Assembly (NCBI GenBank): GCA_002269645.1
Contig: NIVC01001062.1
Coordinates: 1 to 64,000 of the forward strand
Source: Macrostomum lignano
Taxonomy: Eukaryota
Length of the DNA: 64,000 bases
Direction: 5' to 3'
The notes under the pieces are model-generated. The model searched no databases. It was not told where the DNA came from and saw only the letters and a program-made list of their open reading frames with translations. Shown here one piece after another: positions 21,324-33,968 of the stretch; position 1 is the first letter of the stretch, and each line of letters starts with the position of its first letter. The position numbers and the translations under genes are program-made.

Positions 21324-23855
21324 TCAGTCATTCGACTGCCGATCGCGACGCTTTTTCAAGGAAGCCAGCGCCCGTTGACGCAGTCGACGCTCCTTCTCGT
21401 TTTCGTCGACCTTTGACGCTGCCGACGAAGATGAGGAGCTCGATGATGATGAAGACGACGAGCTGTCGGAGGAATTCGACGAATCGGACGACGATGAAGC
21501 CGACGACTTTGAGGATGCGGACGAGGCCGAACGAGCTGGTCGACGACGGTTGTCGCGCTGGTTTTTAGTTGCAGAGTTCGACGTTCGAGACTGCGGCGGC
21601 GACGACTTACGCTTAGGTGCCGCCTGACGACGAGACGGAGAGCGAGAACGAGAACGCTTCAACGGCGAATGTCGGCGACGCTGATTTCGTCGATCAGCCG
21701 GCGACACGGACGAGGATGGCGCGCGACGCGCAGGTTGCCGCGGTCGAGATCGGGAAGGCGGCGTCGGCGAACGCGACGGACGTCGTCGGCGATGCTGCTG
21801 CTTTGATGGTGGCGGTGGCGAAGGAGACGGTGAGGGACGTCGCCGACGAGGTTGCTGACGCTGCGGTTGTTGAGGACGTTCAACGCTACGCTGTCGATGC
21901 CGCGATGAAGACTGCTTTGGTGGCGGCGACGGTGGTTCTGCGGGTCTCCGACGCTGCCTCTTGGACGGCGGCGATCGAACAGCAGCAGAGGATGAGGACG
22001 AAGACCTTGAGCCAGACTTTGCATCTGAGGACGAACCTCCAGACGAATCGTCGGACGAAGATGATGAGGATTGGGAAGGCGATTTTCGAGGCCTCACAGC
22101 AGGTCGCTTTTTTGTTATCGGCTTTTGCTCCTTCGTGGAAGACGCCGTTTGAGGTGCCGGAGGCGGCGGCGGCGACGATGTCGGAGCAGCTGGCGGCGGC
22201 GAAGGAGCCGGTTGCTCAGGTGAGTCGGCATCCCAGCGGCCCTTTGGCGGCGAAGTAGGAAACACTGCGGCAGCCGCGGTCATTCCGTCGGTTGATTTTT
22301 TCACCACAACTTTGCGAACCTCGTCGCTGTTGGAAGGCGGTGAAGCCTGGCGATGTCGTTTCACTTCGACAAAGCTGCTTCTGCTACTGCCGGAAGATCT
22401 GGAACGCCTTTGATCCTGTTCAATGTACCTAACAGGTCCGCGACCGCGGACTTTTGGCGCAGACGGCGGTGAAGTGTCAGCGACAACGCGCCGATCCCGT
22501 CTATGGTTGCGATCGCGTTCACGATTGTCGCTAATATCGCGATCTTGACGTCGCAATCGGATTGACTCGTCCTGATTGCGATCGCGTTCGCGGGCTTCAC
22601 GGTAACGGTCACGATCCTGATACCGATTGCGATCGCGAGCCGATTCACGGCCGCGGTCGCGCGCTTCTTGACGATCCCGTCCGCGATCACGTAATTCTTC
22701 TCGGCCGCGAGACTCTCGATGGTCACGTCTACGATCGCGTCCTTCGTCACGGTCTCGAGACAGTTCACGTTCACGTCCACGATCACGCGTTTGTTCACGG
22801 TCACGAGATTGTTGGCGGTCGCGTCCTCGATCACGCGCTCCTTTAGGGTCCCGATCACGTGACTCTCGACGGTCACGATCACGTGAATCTTGGCGATCAC
22901 GAGCTTTCTGACGGTCACGATCGCGGGAATCCTCACGGTCACGATCACGTGAATCCTGACGGTCATGAGCCTTCTGACGATTATGATCACGTGAATCTTG
23001 GCGGTCAGGAGCTTTTTCGATGTCACGTGAATCTTTGCGGTCACGAGCTCTCTCACGATCACGCGACACTTCACGGTCTTGTGAATCTTGACGGTTACGA
23101 GCTTTCTCACGCTCACGCGAATCTTGGCGTTCACGAGCTCTCTCACGATCACGCGACTCCTCACGGTCCCGATCACCATCACGTAAATCTTGGCGGTCAC
23201 GAGCTTTCTCACGCTCACGAGAATCTTGGCGATCACGAGCTCTCTCACGATCACGAGAATCTTGGCGATCACGAGCTTTCTCACGCTCACGAGAATCTTG
23301 GCGATCACGAGCTCTCTCACGATCACGTGAATCTTGGCAGTCACGAGCTTTCTGACGGTCACGGACGCGATCACGTGATTCCTGGCGGTCACGTTCACGC
23401 GACTTTTCGCGATCGCGGCTGCCACTACGATCCCTATAGCGGTTACGGACCTCATCGCGATCCCGACTTCTGCCTCGTCTACCATTACTGCTGCTTGGCG
23501 ATACGGCACGAGCTCTAGAACGATCGTCCACTTTTTGCCGCTCGTCACCGTTTTGGTCGTTATCTGAAGGGGACTCGGAGCCGTCTCTTGGCACCAGTTC
23601 AGAGGCGATTGGCCTCTTGCTTCCGACCTCACCTTCCGGCTTTCCTGCAGCCTCGTCAGCTTCCGCGGCTGCTGACTGCCGTTGTCCGGAGGCTTCCGCT
23701 GAAGCAGTTTGAGCCGCTGCGGCCGCCGTTTTGGCTTTGGCGGCTGCGGCGGCGGCCTGAGCGGCTAAGATTGCGTTGGCCGCTTGATCGCGAATGGTTC
23801 GAGAAATTTCTTCCTCTTTTCGGCGAATTTTATCGCGCAGCTGCTCGGACTCGTT
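21324..23855 (-). CDS. SRRM1: SRRM1/SRm160 last coding exon (RS/RD-rich, Pro/Ser-rich)
   Basis: Acceptor CACAG at 23856-57, phase 0, 844 codons including the stop. Starts NESEQLRDKIRRKEEE and ends ERRLRQRALASLKKRR..., similar to the SRm160 C-terminal motif. Confidence 0.88.
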   Translation of the reverse strand, partial: NESEQLRDKIRRKEEEISRTIRDQAANAILAAQAAAAAAKAKTAAAAAQTASAEASGQRQSAAAEADEAAGKPEGEVGSKRPIASELVPRDGSESPSDNDQNGDERQKVDDRSRARAVSPSSSNGRRGRSRDRDEVRNRYRDRSGSRDREKSRERDRQESRDRVRDRQKARDCQDSRDRERARDRQDSREREKARDRQDSRDRERARDRQDSREREKARDRQDLRDGDRDREESRDRERARERQDSREREKARNRQDSQDREVSRDRERARDRKDSRDIEKAPDRQDSRDHNRQKAHDRQDSRDRDREDSRDRDRQKARDRQDSRDRDRRESRDRDPKGARDRGRDRQQSRDREQTRDRGRERELSRDRDEGRDRRRDHRESRGREELRDRGRDRQEARDRGRESARDRNRYQDRDRYREARERDRNQDESIRLRRQDRDISDNRERDRNHRRDRRVVADTSPPSAPKVRGRGPVRYIEQDQRRSRSSGSSRSSFVEVKRHRQASPPSNSDEVRKVVVKKSTDGMTAAAAVFPTSPPKGRWDADSPEQPAPSPPPAAPTSSPPPPPAPQTASSTKEQKPITKKRPAVRPRKSPSQSSSSSSDDSSGGSSSDAKSGSRSSSSSSAAVRSPPSKRQRRRPAEPPSPPPKQSSSRHRQRSVERPQQPQRQQPRRRRPSPSPSPPPPSKQQHRRRRPSRSPTPPSRSRPRQPARRAPSSSVSPADRRNQRRRHSPLKRSRSRSPSRRQAAPKRKSSPPQSRTSNSATKNQRDNRRRPARSASSASSKSSASSSSDSSNSSDSSSSSSSSSSSSSSAASKVDENEKERRLRQRALASLKKRRDRQSND

Positions 23856-23896
23856 CTGTGGATGGGTTTGGTTCGATTCTCGTTATAATGAGGCAG

Positions 23897-25552
23897 CTGA
23901 GGATCTGGGAGGCTGGTGGCCCAGCAACTGAGGATCTGGGAGACTGGCCTAGCAACTGAGGATCTGGGAGACTGGCCCAGCAACTGAGGATCTGGGAGGC
24001 TGGTGGCCCAGCAACTGAGGATCTGGGAGACTGGCCTAGCAACTGAGGATCTGGGAGACTGGCCCAGCAACTGAGGATCTGGGAGGCTGGTGGCCCAGCA
24101 ACTGAGGATCTGGGAGGCTGGCTTGTTGTGGGTGAAACAAAAGTTCACCATAGACATTTATTTACGTGACTGCGCTAATGAAGAGATCGAACGGACCAAA
24201 CTAGAGAGGAACGAAATAAAATGAATTGAGAGCTGAGCTCAGCGTCAATGAGCCATGCATACATTGAAGGCTTAAAGCCAAAGTACAACAGACTAGCAAC
24301 TGAGAATCTGGGAGGCTGGCCCAGCAACTGAGGATCTAGGAGGCTGGCCCAGCAACTGAAGATCTGGGAGACTGGCCCAGCAACAGAGGATCTGGGAGGC
24401 TGGTAGCTCAGCAACTGAGGATATGGGAGGCTGGTGGCCCAGCAACAGGATCTGGGAGGCTGGCCCAGCAACAGGATCTGGGAGGCTGATGGCCCAGCAA
24501 CTGAGGATCTGGGAGACTGGCCCAGCAACTGAGGATCTGGGAGGCTGGTAGCTCAGCAACTGAGGATATGGGAGGCTGGTGGCCCAGCAACTGAGGAACT
24601 GGGAGGCTGGTGGCCCTGGCCCAGCAACTGAGGATCTGGGAGACTGGCCCAGCAACTGAGGATCTGGGAGGCTGGCCCAGCAACTGAGGATCTGGGAGGC
24701 TGGTAGCTCAGCAACTGAGGATATGGGAGGCTGGTGGCCCAGCAACTGAGGATCTGGGAGGCTGGTGGCCCTGGCCCAGCAACTGAGGATCTGGGAGACT
24801 GGCCCAGCAACTGAGGATCTGGGAGGCTGGTGGCCCAGCAACTGAGGATCTGGGAGGCTGGTAGCTCAGCAACTGAGGATATGGGAGGCTGGTGGCCCAG
24901 CAACTGAGGATCTGGGAGACTGGCCCAGCAACTGAGGATCTGGGAGACTGGCCCAGCAACTGAGGATCTGCGAGGCTGGTGGCCCAGCAACTGAGGATCT
25001 GGGAGGCTGGTAGCTCAGCAACTGAGGATATGGGAGGCTGGTAGCTCAGCAACTGAGGATCTGGGAGGCTGGCCCAGCAACTGAGAATCTGGGAGGCTTG
25101 TGGCCCAGCAACTGAGGATCTGGGAGGCTGGCTGGCTCAGCAACTGAGGATTTGGGAGGCTGGTGGCCCAGCAACTGAGGATCTAAGAGGCTGGTGGCCC
25201 AGCAACTGAGGATCTAAGAGGCTGGTGGCCCAGCAACTGAGGATCTGGGAGGCTGGTGGCCCAGCAACTGAGGATCTAAGAGGCTGGTGGCCCAGCAACT
25301 GAGGATCTGGGAGGCTGGCCCAGCAACTGAGAATCTGGGAGGCTTGTGGCCCAGCAACTGAGGATCTGGGAGGCTGGCTGGCTCAGCAACTGAGGATTTG
25401 GGAGGCTGGCTCAAAAACTGAGAATCTGGGAGGCTGGTGGCCCAGCAACTGAGGATCTAAGAGGCTGGTGGCCCAGCAACTGAGCATCTGGGAGACTGGC
25501 CCAGCAACTGAGGATTTGGGAGGCTGGTGGCCCAGCAACTGAGCATCTGGGA
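23897..25552. repeat. Intronic minisatellite (~24-27-bp units, GGCCCAGCAACTGAGGATCTGGGAGGCT) in two blocks
   Basis: Blocks at ~23897-24122 and ~24293-25552 are separated by ~170 bp of unique sequence. Confidence 0.95.
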
Positions 25553-25589
25553 GATGTAGCCCCATAGTTGGGCACAATAAATCGCTTAC

Positions 25590-25760
25590 CTCAGCCTTCT
25601 CGATCTGTGCCTCTTTCTCCTTGACAAACTGTTCAGGGATGCCGCAGCCGCTCTTCTGCGCCGAGTCCAACAAGCCGCACAGTTCGGACACGAAGATTCG
25701 GGCATTTTTAGCGTTCAAAAAGCCAGTCAGATTGATCTGCATGTCCTTCAGGTCCGGATA
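25590..25760 (-). CDS. SRRM1: SRRM1 exon 4 (PWI C-terminal part)
   Basis: AG/GT bounded, 57 codons: YPDLKDMQINLTGFLNAKNARIFVSEL...IEKAE. Confidence 0.95.
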
Positions 25761-27279
25761 CTGGAATTGATGAATTGCGATTAGGGAATGTATAAACCAA
25801 GTCACACCAAATTGGCTACTGACAGAAGTCATTTCACTTTTTATGACAAATTCAAGCTGATTTTTAAGAGAAGAGAATGAAAAATATCTTTTAAACTAGT
25901 TTTTAGTACAAAATGGCGCAGAAAATTTCTGCTTTGCATATAGTTTTTAGCCATTCCTGTTTAGTTCTTGCTTTTACTTTTCATCATTTACTGCGTGCGC
26001 TTGTGCTTCGTACGATTGGAACGAGTTGAACTCTGTCTGTCTGTCTGCCTGACAAAACACACTGTCGGTCTTCTGAAATACAAAAGGTCAAAAATGAGAA
26101 GAACAAAGGTTAGTTATTGCATTTGATAGATGAAAATGATTCATTCAATTTTGGTGTTCTAAATCTTAATAATATAGATATCAGACCCTTACTTGGATTT
26201 GGGACTGGAAAAGTGCCAGAAAGGCTCACTTTTATAGTCCTTTATCTACCAGATTTATAGGTTGACATTGATGCCATCTTTCTGTAATTTAAAACCCTGC
26301 AGAGTCGCTAGAGTTACTTAGTAAGTTGTTTAGAATGACTCCTTTAGCAATTCTTGTCGCGGAAACGTTTTCACTAAACACTATAGAAACCAGATAGTAA
26401 AACAAACAAAAAGTTTACCTTTTCGGCGATGTTTTTAAACTCCTTGCGATAAAACACAGATGAAAAGAAGTGGAGAAGATAGAGAAGATGTAAATAGGAC
26501 ATTATTTGTGTTACCCCGGATTTTATTTGGTAATTTACAATAATATCACGTAAAATCTTTATCTCCATGATTTATAAAGCTGCTTTCATAAAGTCAGCCC
26601 TGGTGATTTATAATATTTCTGATAAGCATAATAAAACAAACAACCCACCTGTTGCATTCTCGTAATCTGTATGTACTCGAGCGCGCTCTCTGCCTTTCTG
26701 TTCAATGATGATTATTGTCGATCACTTTGCATTGTGGCCTCAGGCTACAGAGTGGATATTTAGAGCACCGCGAATTTTAGATATTTAGTCAGGATATTTT
26801 TTTATTAAAGTCACGTCTGATCCAGGATTAAGGAATCAATGCACTGTTTGTGAATGCATTTGAAATATTCTATAATAATTCAAGGGTAAAAGGCAGGAGT
26901 TTATACTAAACGCCTCGTCATCTAATAAGTGCCTAAAATATGTACTTTTTTTAATTATACAGCTAGCTATAAAAAATGCATTAATTCCAATTTGTGGATC
27001 AAACAGAGCTTTACAAATAAAAACATGATATTTATTTTTAAAAGAAATATAGCTTTAATTGACATTATTTTTGCCTAAAACAACTGGCTGAAATAAAATT
27101 AATTGAAAAATGTTACAACGCATCCTACCTGATTACGAGTGCCGAATAGCACTACTTAAATTGCATCAAACAAGTAGTATGCAACAGATCAGAGATATAA
27201 AATTGGCAAGTTTTAACAAAAAAAATCTCCACAGATTATGCCCCAACTGTAAAATGCTGACAATAAGTAATCAACAAAC

Positions 27280-27402
27280 CTGATTTTCCAGATAGGTGAA
27301 GACGAACTCAGTCACTACATCGTCTTCAAAAGTAAGAATTTCAGTCAGACGTTTAGTGATCCATGGCTTCAGTGTGTCCAGCTTGACCTTCTTCATGTCG
27401 AT
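27280..27402 (-). CDS. SRRM1: SRRM1 exon 3 (PWI)
   Basis: AG/GT bounded, 41 codons: IDMKKVKLDTLKPWITKRLTEILTFEDDVVTEFVF. Confidence 0.95.
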
Positions 27403-27596
27403 CTGCAAATACAGAATAGGAAGCCAAATTTTCAGAAGGTACACAGAAATTAACTGAGGAGTCGTGGCACAACAGGTTGGATATAAAAGTACATTTTCTC
27501 CTCAAATACTAAGCTATTAAGACTATTTAGGCATTTTGAACTTCTACTAAACACTTATAAAAAGAAAGTAAAATTATAATTTAGCAATATACCAAC

Positions 27597-27686
27597 CTTA
27601 GTCTCTAAATTGCTAGCAAAATGCATGGACTTCAATAGTTTCTTCTGCTTGTCGGAGAACCTCGAGTCTTGATCGGCAGCAACACC
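27597..27686 (-). CDS. SRRM1: SRRM1 exon 2
   Basis: AG/GT bounded, 30 codons: GVAADQDSRFSDKQKKLLKSMHFASNLETK. Confidence 0.93.
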
Positions 27687-29574
27687 CTAAAAATGGAAAC
27701 ATAAAGGTGTACTTTTAAGCACTTTTTAAGATCTTCATCAAGAAGTAAAAAATGTTATTTTAAAGTAGATTAATTTTTTCAATACATGTATTCATAATTA
27801 CTATAGTGAATAGTGATGCCTTACTGAAGATAGCAATAAATGATGCAGTGCAAAAATGATAAAAATAAAAACCTAAAGCTTGAAGAATTGGCCTGGGGGA
27901 ATTTCTTAATGAGCAACACAAAGTCATATTACTTCTCTTGGTCTATTCATTAGATTCACATTGGTTCACCTATATAGGTTTGATCCAAACTACATGTAGC
28001 ATACAAGGCAAAAATATAGATGCATAATGTGTACTTTGAACCATGGGTTCAAATGTTTATTATTTATATAAGTTTGATTTTATAGAAATATCTTTCTTCT
28101 TACAAATACAAAATTTTGCTTTCTCATGGAAATTAAATAATATTTTTAGAAACATGCATTCAAGCAAATGTTTTGGGTAGAAAGTTTTATAAATAAGATA
28201 AAGAACTGAAAAGTAAATTCGAGTCTGACCAACTATTACAAACAAATATAGCAATTGTGGTAATGCACCTTTTTTATTATATAGTTATAAATAATAGTGT
28301 TCCTTTTATAGGATTACCTCCTAAGTATAGTATATTCTCTCTAGTATCTGTCTTTCTATGATTACCTTTTGTAGTTCCTAGAATAAGTTGCATTTAAATT
28401 TGCACTAAAATTTTTATTTGTTTAAATATTGTATTTTTTGAAATATTTTGCAACTAACATTTGTTTTAAATTGTATTTGGGATAGACAATACTAATTAGA
28501 TAATACTAATGATCTTCCATATTGGAAAGTGTTCAAACCTAAATTCATTAGCAGTTTTGATTTAGCTTATTCATTTCTTTAAAGACAAAAACCAACAAAT
28601 TGGGAGGACTAAAATTTGCTAAAAATGAGAATTGCCTAAGAGCAGTATAAATGCTTGGAAGCTATGACTCTCTAATACTAGGAATGCCTAAGACTAAGAG
28701 AGAGATCACTTTATAAGAGTAAGATAGCAGGTATAAAAAATAGAATAGACAATGCCTTAAAGACTGCTTAGGCTTAGTACACATGCTACCAATAGATTCC
28801 ACATGCTGTAAAAGATGATAAAATATTATTATACAATAAGAGAAGTAGTAGCACTAGTACAAATTAGTGTCAGCATTAACAATTTAGTAGTAGAATTTTA
28901 TTAAGATATATATAAACATGCACCCAAGAATAAAAAAATATATAAAAATGGATAAGACACAATTCAAAAGCATAATAAATGCTTTATATATTTATATATA
29001 TTTATTAATCTTTTGACAATTTTTTGAAATATATATGAAATTTAAACCTTAACAAAATAACTATAAACAGATATTATGAAGCACCTCCTATCACTAAAAT
29101 GACCAACTTACCAAATCTTCCATTTTTTATCAAGGTAAAGTCTATCATTCATAGAAGTTACTTGTCACTGAAATGACTATTTGTCACTGAAATCTCTGTA
29201 CCAAAATGACTTGTCACCAAAATGATATATACCCTATCTACCATAGCATTAGTGATAAATCCTAATATTTAGATTCAGAAAATTTATTTTCTAAATATTT
29301 CGGAATAGGTTTATGCATATAAAAAATTCAGAAAACCTAAACAAATTTAAATATACAATAAAAATTTTGAAACAGGAAAGTATTAAAAAATATAAAATTT
29401 TATATTATATAGTTCATTTTTGCAATATTGGCTATAACATATTTAAAAGAAAGATATACCAAATAAAGTCATTAAACTTTGGGATTTTTAAGGCATTGAA
29501 CCTAATGTTGCTAAAACAATTATGGCAATCATTTTTAAGTGCATAATCATTAGTTGGGTTTCTTTCAAAATGCA

Positions 29575-29916
29575 AATCCATGCCACACTTTGGATCATGT
29601 AGTATATGCCCAAAAATTCAGGCATGCATTGGCTTTGCATACCAATAGTACGTGTGTATAGTTGGTGTATATCATTCTTAAGAAAATAGTGTGCATGCAC
29701 CCCTAGCATACACTTAATTGCCAAAAAAGCATAAAAATCAACCAAATTATTTATTAAAAAAAGTATATTTTGCAATTTAAAAATTTCATTTATAGTTATA
29801 ATATAAAAAATATCATTTATTGTCGCAACATTGGCATAGTTTTGAGAATAGACATGCATTCATTTTTTCTTGAGTGCATTTGTAATTATTCAATTTTTCT
29901 TCAAGTGTACACCTAG
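29575..29916 (-). repeat. Dispersed repeat, inverted relative to the copy at 33969-34400
   Basis: Shared blocks include CTAGGTGTA..., CAAAACTATGCCAATG...CAATAAATGAT and CACCAACT.TAC. Confidence 0.7.
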
Positions 29917-31369
29917 CCTATATTGTGGATTGTGTTACATGTACACTGGAAAGTATTTGGCTATCTAGTAAAGTATATGCTAGTAAATTACACCAATTAA
30001 GTGTTCTAATAAATTGTACACCACTAAAAATTGTGTGATTAACAAGCACATAACCAGTGTAACAAGCATTAGACGCAGCGAATAATATTTATGCTGTAGA
30101 AAAAATGAAACGTATAGGCTCATTCCATATAAGATGGACATTTTTGGAAAATAGAAAAAAGTCAATATTTTTGCTTGCCATTGCCTTATCAGCCATTTTT
30201 TTTACCAAATGTTTTTTATGTGTAATATCTACAATCTAAGAATAAATGAATGATAAAATGTTAGATTAGTATGCTATCAAGTGGCAAAAAGTCAATTTTG
30301 TAAAAATTTAGACATTTTTCTAAGCAAAAGACATCATTAAGTTTGTGTACCTTTTAAAAACAAATAGAAAGCTTTGGAAGGTTGAAACAAACTATAGATA
30401 AAAGTATAGTACTTGCATCATCAGATAAAAGTATTGGTGACCAAATAATCTATTATATTTTTAATATATTGGTACCTCAAAGTTACTGAATTGACAGAAA
30501 AAAAAATGTTACGACCATAATGTTACGACCATAAGGCTGCCTTTTCTTTTGTATCTTTGTTGCCTTTTTGAGTTTATATATTCTACAAAAAGAGTATGAT
30601 TACTAAAGATGTTCTGAGTCAAATTTTAAAAAAATGTATTGCAAAATATCAAAAATAAAAATGTTATAAGACTTTTACCTTTTAGTTTCTATATGTCAAA
30701 AATCCTGTTGTTACGACCATAAGTGCCATTCAAGGTTTAATAGCATCTATACTAATGATGATATCTACATGAAACTCTATAAAAATATTTTTGACAAAAT
30801 TATCTTTCATTTAAAATATTGGTTTAGTATATTCTATTATTATATTTCATTTTATAAGTAAAAATAGCCTGTCATGTTACGACCATGCTTATATGGAATG
30901 AGCCTATATCATTTAAAAATGAAAATAATTAGTAAAAAAATAGTTATCATATGGCATCTAGCATGATCTCGACTATAGAATCCATTGACTTATAGTAAGT
31001 TCTTAAATTGCACAAACAAATATAATGACAATGTTAGGCCTAGTTAATGTTAGTAGTTAGTATTAGCTATATTAGTTAATAAAAAATTGCCATTTATCTT
31101 TTTGCTTTTATATTTTGACAAGCTGTTGAAACCCGCAGATTTTGAACCCGGGGAATTCCAATACCCGGAACTACTTTTACATGTATTCTGAAATCTAAGG
31201 CCATACACAAACAAAAACTTGTTAATAGTTAGTAGGATAGAGGTAGACATAAAATGGAGCACATTCGTGTAAAATTAGGGTTTGAGACATTGTTGGCTGG
31301 GGTACTGCGCAGAATGTCAGGCAATGTCTGTCTGACTCTAAAACATATATTGCTAAACTCTGGTCTCTC

Positions 31370-31909
31370 CCTGACTCTCCCTACGTCCCTTGGATCCTTT
31401 AAAATTTATATTGTCTCTTTGTTTCCTCTCATCTCTCTCGTCCCTCATCTCTCCTCTCTCCTCTCTCCCTCTTCTCTCGTATCTTTCCTCATCTCTCTTC
31501 TCTTTCATCTCTCTTATCTCATCTCTTGTCTCTTCTCTCTCCTCTCCTCTCTCCTCTCTCCCCCTCTCCTCTTTCCTCTCACCCCCTCTTCTCTCTTCTT
31601 TTCCTTCTCCTTTCTATTCTTTTCTCTTTTCTCTTAACTCTCTCCTCTACTCTCTTATCTCTCCCCTCTTCTCTCGTCTCTTCCCTCACCTCTTTTCTCT
31701 CTCGTCTTTGCTTTCTCATCTTTACTTTCTCTTCTTTTATCTTTTCTCTCTTCTCTTAACTCTCTCCTCTACTCTCTTATCTCTCCCCTCTTCTCTCGTC
31801 TCTTCCCTCACCTCTTTTCTCTCTCGTCTTTGCTCTCTCATCTTTCCTTTCTCTTCTTTTATCTTTTCTCTCTATCTCTTCTCATTTCTCTCTGCTCCCC
31901 CTACCACCC

Positions 31910-32000
<91 letters not shown>

Positions 32001-32690
32001 TCTTTCTCTCTTATTTCTCCTCCTCTCTTTACTCTCTCCCCTCTCCATTCTCCTCTTTCCTCTCCTCTCTCATGACTCACTTCTCTACCTTTGTCTCTCC
32101 TCTCTCCTCTCATCTCTGTAACCTCTCCTCTGTTCTCTCTACTCTCCCATCTTTTATCTGTTCACTCTCGTCTCTGCTCTCTCATCCCCCCTCTTTAATC
32201 TGGCATCTCTGTCTTATATGTTCTCTCACCTCTCTCCTCTGTACTCTTTTCTTTCCCCTTTTTTGACTCCTCACTTTCCTTTCTCCTTTCTTCTTTTCCC
32301 TTTTCTATACGTTCTCTCCGTTATCTCTCATCTCTCATTTCTCATCTCTCATTCCAACTCTCTCATCTCTAGAACCTTACAGATGTAGAGATGTATCTAT
32401 ATCTCTTTATCTCTTCCCTTTACTCTCTCATCTTTTCTTTCACCTGTTTCCTCTCTGCTCTCCTCTCTGCTCTCCTCTCTGCTGTCTCCTCTCTCCTCTC
32501 ATCTGCAGCTCTCTGCTCTCTCATCTCTACTCTCTCCTCTCGCTTTTCCTCTTTCCCCTCTTCTCCCTCTCTCATCGTCCTCACCCCCTCATCTCTCTTA
32601 TTATCTTTTATCTTTTCTTTTATCCCCTCTGTCGCCTCTCCTCTCTTCGAATCGTCTATTCCTTCTTCTTTCCACTCTCATCTGCCCCTC
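31370..32690 (+). repeat. Polypyrimidine / (CT)n low-complexity tract
   Basis: Almost pure C/T, with a perfect (CT)n run at ~31913-31994. Confidence 0.95.
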
Positions 32691-33968
32691 AGCTATGAGC
32701 TGGATTCTTTATCTGGCCTTTGAGGTAAAAGTCTGCTCATCCCTGCTTGGAAAGCCAGTTTGTGGGATGTACTACTCTCATGGTTGTTCTCATGCTTTGA
32801 TCACGTCATCTTTCTTGCCAATTTGCAGCCCTGAAAGGAATTTGTGTATCTTCAGCTCCACTGCAGTCTGCATCAGTCTAACAACCAAGGAAATACACAT
32901 TTCTTAGGAGGCCATTTAAAATTTACACACTACCTTTAAAAAAACCTAAAATTTCCATGGTGTGCCTAATTTAGTATGGTTGTATTGCATTGCATTGCAT
33001 CGCCTTTTCATAAATCTTTTGCTTTTACAAACCATGCTGGATAGTGGATTCCCTTGATTTGCCAATTGCCAATTGCCATCCACTGTTAAACTGCTATAGA
33101 GTTTGCCAATACAAAGGGGAGGGCAGTGGTTAGAATTTCTCACTAAACTGTTATGGCTAAACGTAGCCTCTCCACTCTCGGGGTGCAGAGTAGGCTATAA
33201 ATAAAGTTATTCCAAAACACTGTACATTTGCTATATACATTCAGTCCTATTGCCTGACCCTTCGTCTGGCTCTGGGGGAATGAGTGAGTGGCACAAACAA
33301 CAGAAAAAGGAGACAAACTTTAATGCTTATAGTTTCTTTTTCAGTTGAGTTACAAAGTTAAAACTTTACATTTAGACAGAGAATGGGTCAATGAAGAATT
33401 GTGTCAATTTTAAAGTTAATTGCTTTACGTGGAGCAAACTTATGGCAGCCGAAAGTTAGTCAATTTTGAAACCCTTTTACATATCTGGGCCGCCCAGATC
33501 GGGAAAGAGAGGCAGGCGGGCGGAGGTTAGGGTGGTTGCTACGCTGAAAAAAACAGCCTAACTTTAAAAGTGCACAACGGCTTTCAGGATTAACTTTGAG
33601 ATTTGAAATTTTACACGATTGTGTCAAAATAGTTGAAAATTGCCTGTGTCAAATTTGAAGAGAATCAGTAGAAGTGGAGTGGCGCTATGGAGGATTTAGT
33701 GAAAAAATTGCGCATTTTGAGCAGTGTTTTGTACTTTTAGGTAAGAAGACTTGAGTCTAAGAAATTTAAAGGTAGCCTAAGACATTCTCTGTAATGAGTT
33801 TAGGGTGGGTGTAAAGTTTGGTGAATTGGTAAAGTGGTTTGGAGTCCATAGCAATCAAAATTGTCCACACATAGACAGACACACACACAGACACACAGAG
33901 TTTTGATTTTTATAGGTAGAGATTAGCCTACAATTAGAGGCTAGGCTAAGGCCATGGTTTAGGTCATG

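Noticed and set aside
21617-23632. Antisense and alternative-frame ORFs over SRRM1 (e.g. 22361..23632, 22859..23518)
   Set aside because: They are shadows of the repetitive SRRM1 coding exon.
23897-25552. CRISPR-like appearance of this and the other regular arrays
   Set aside because: Units are head-to-tail with no unique spacers, there are no cas genes, and the context is eukaryotic introns.
31254-32723. Leu/Ser/Phe-rich ORFs resembling membrane proteins
   Set aside because: They derive from the CT low-complexity tract in SRRM1 intron 1.
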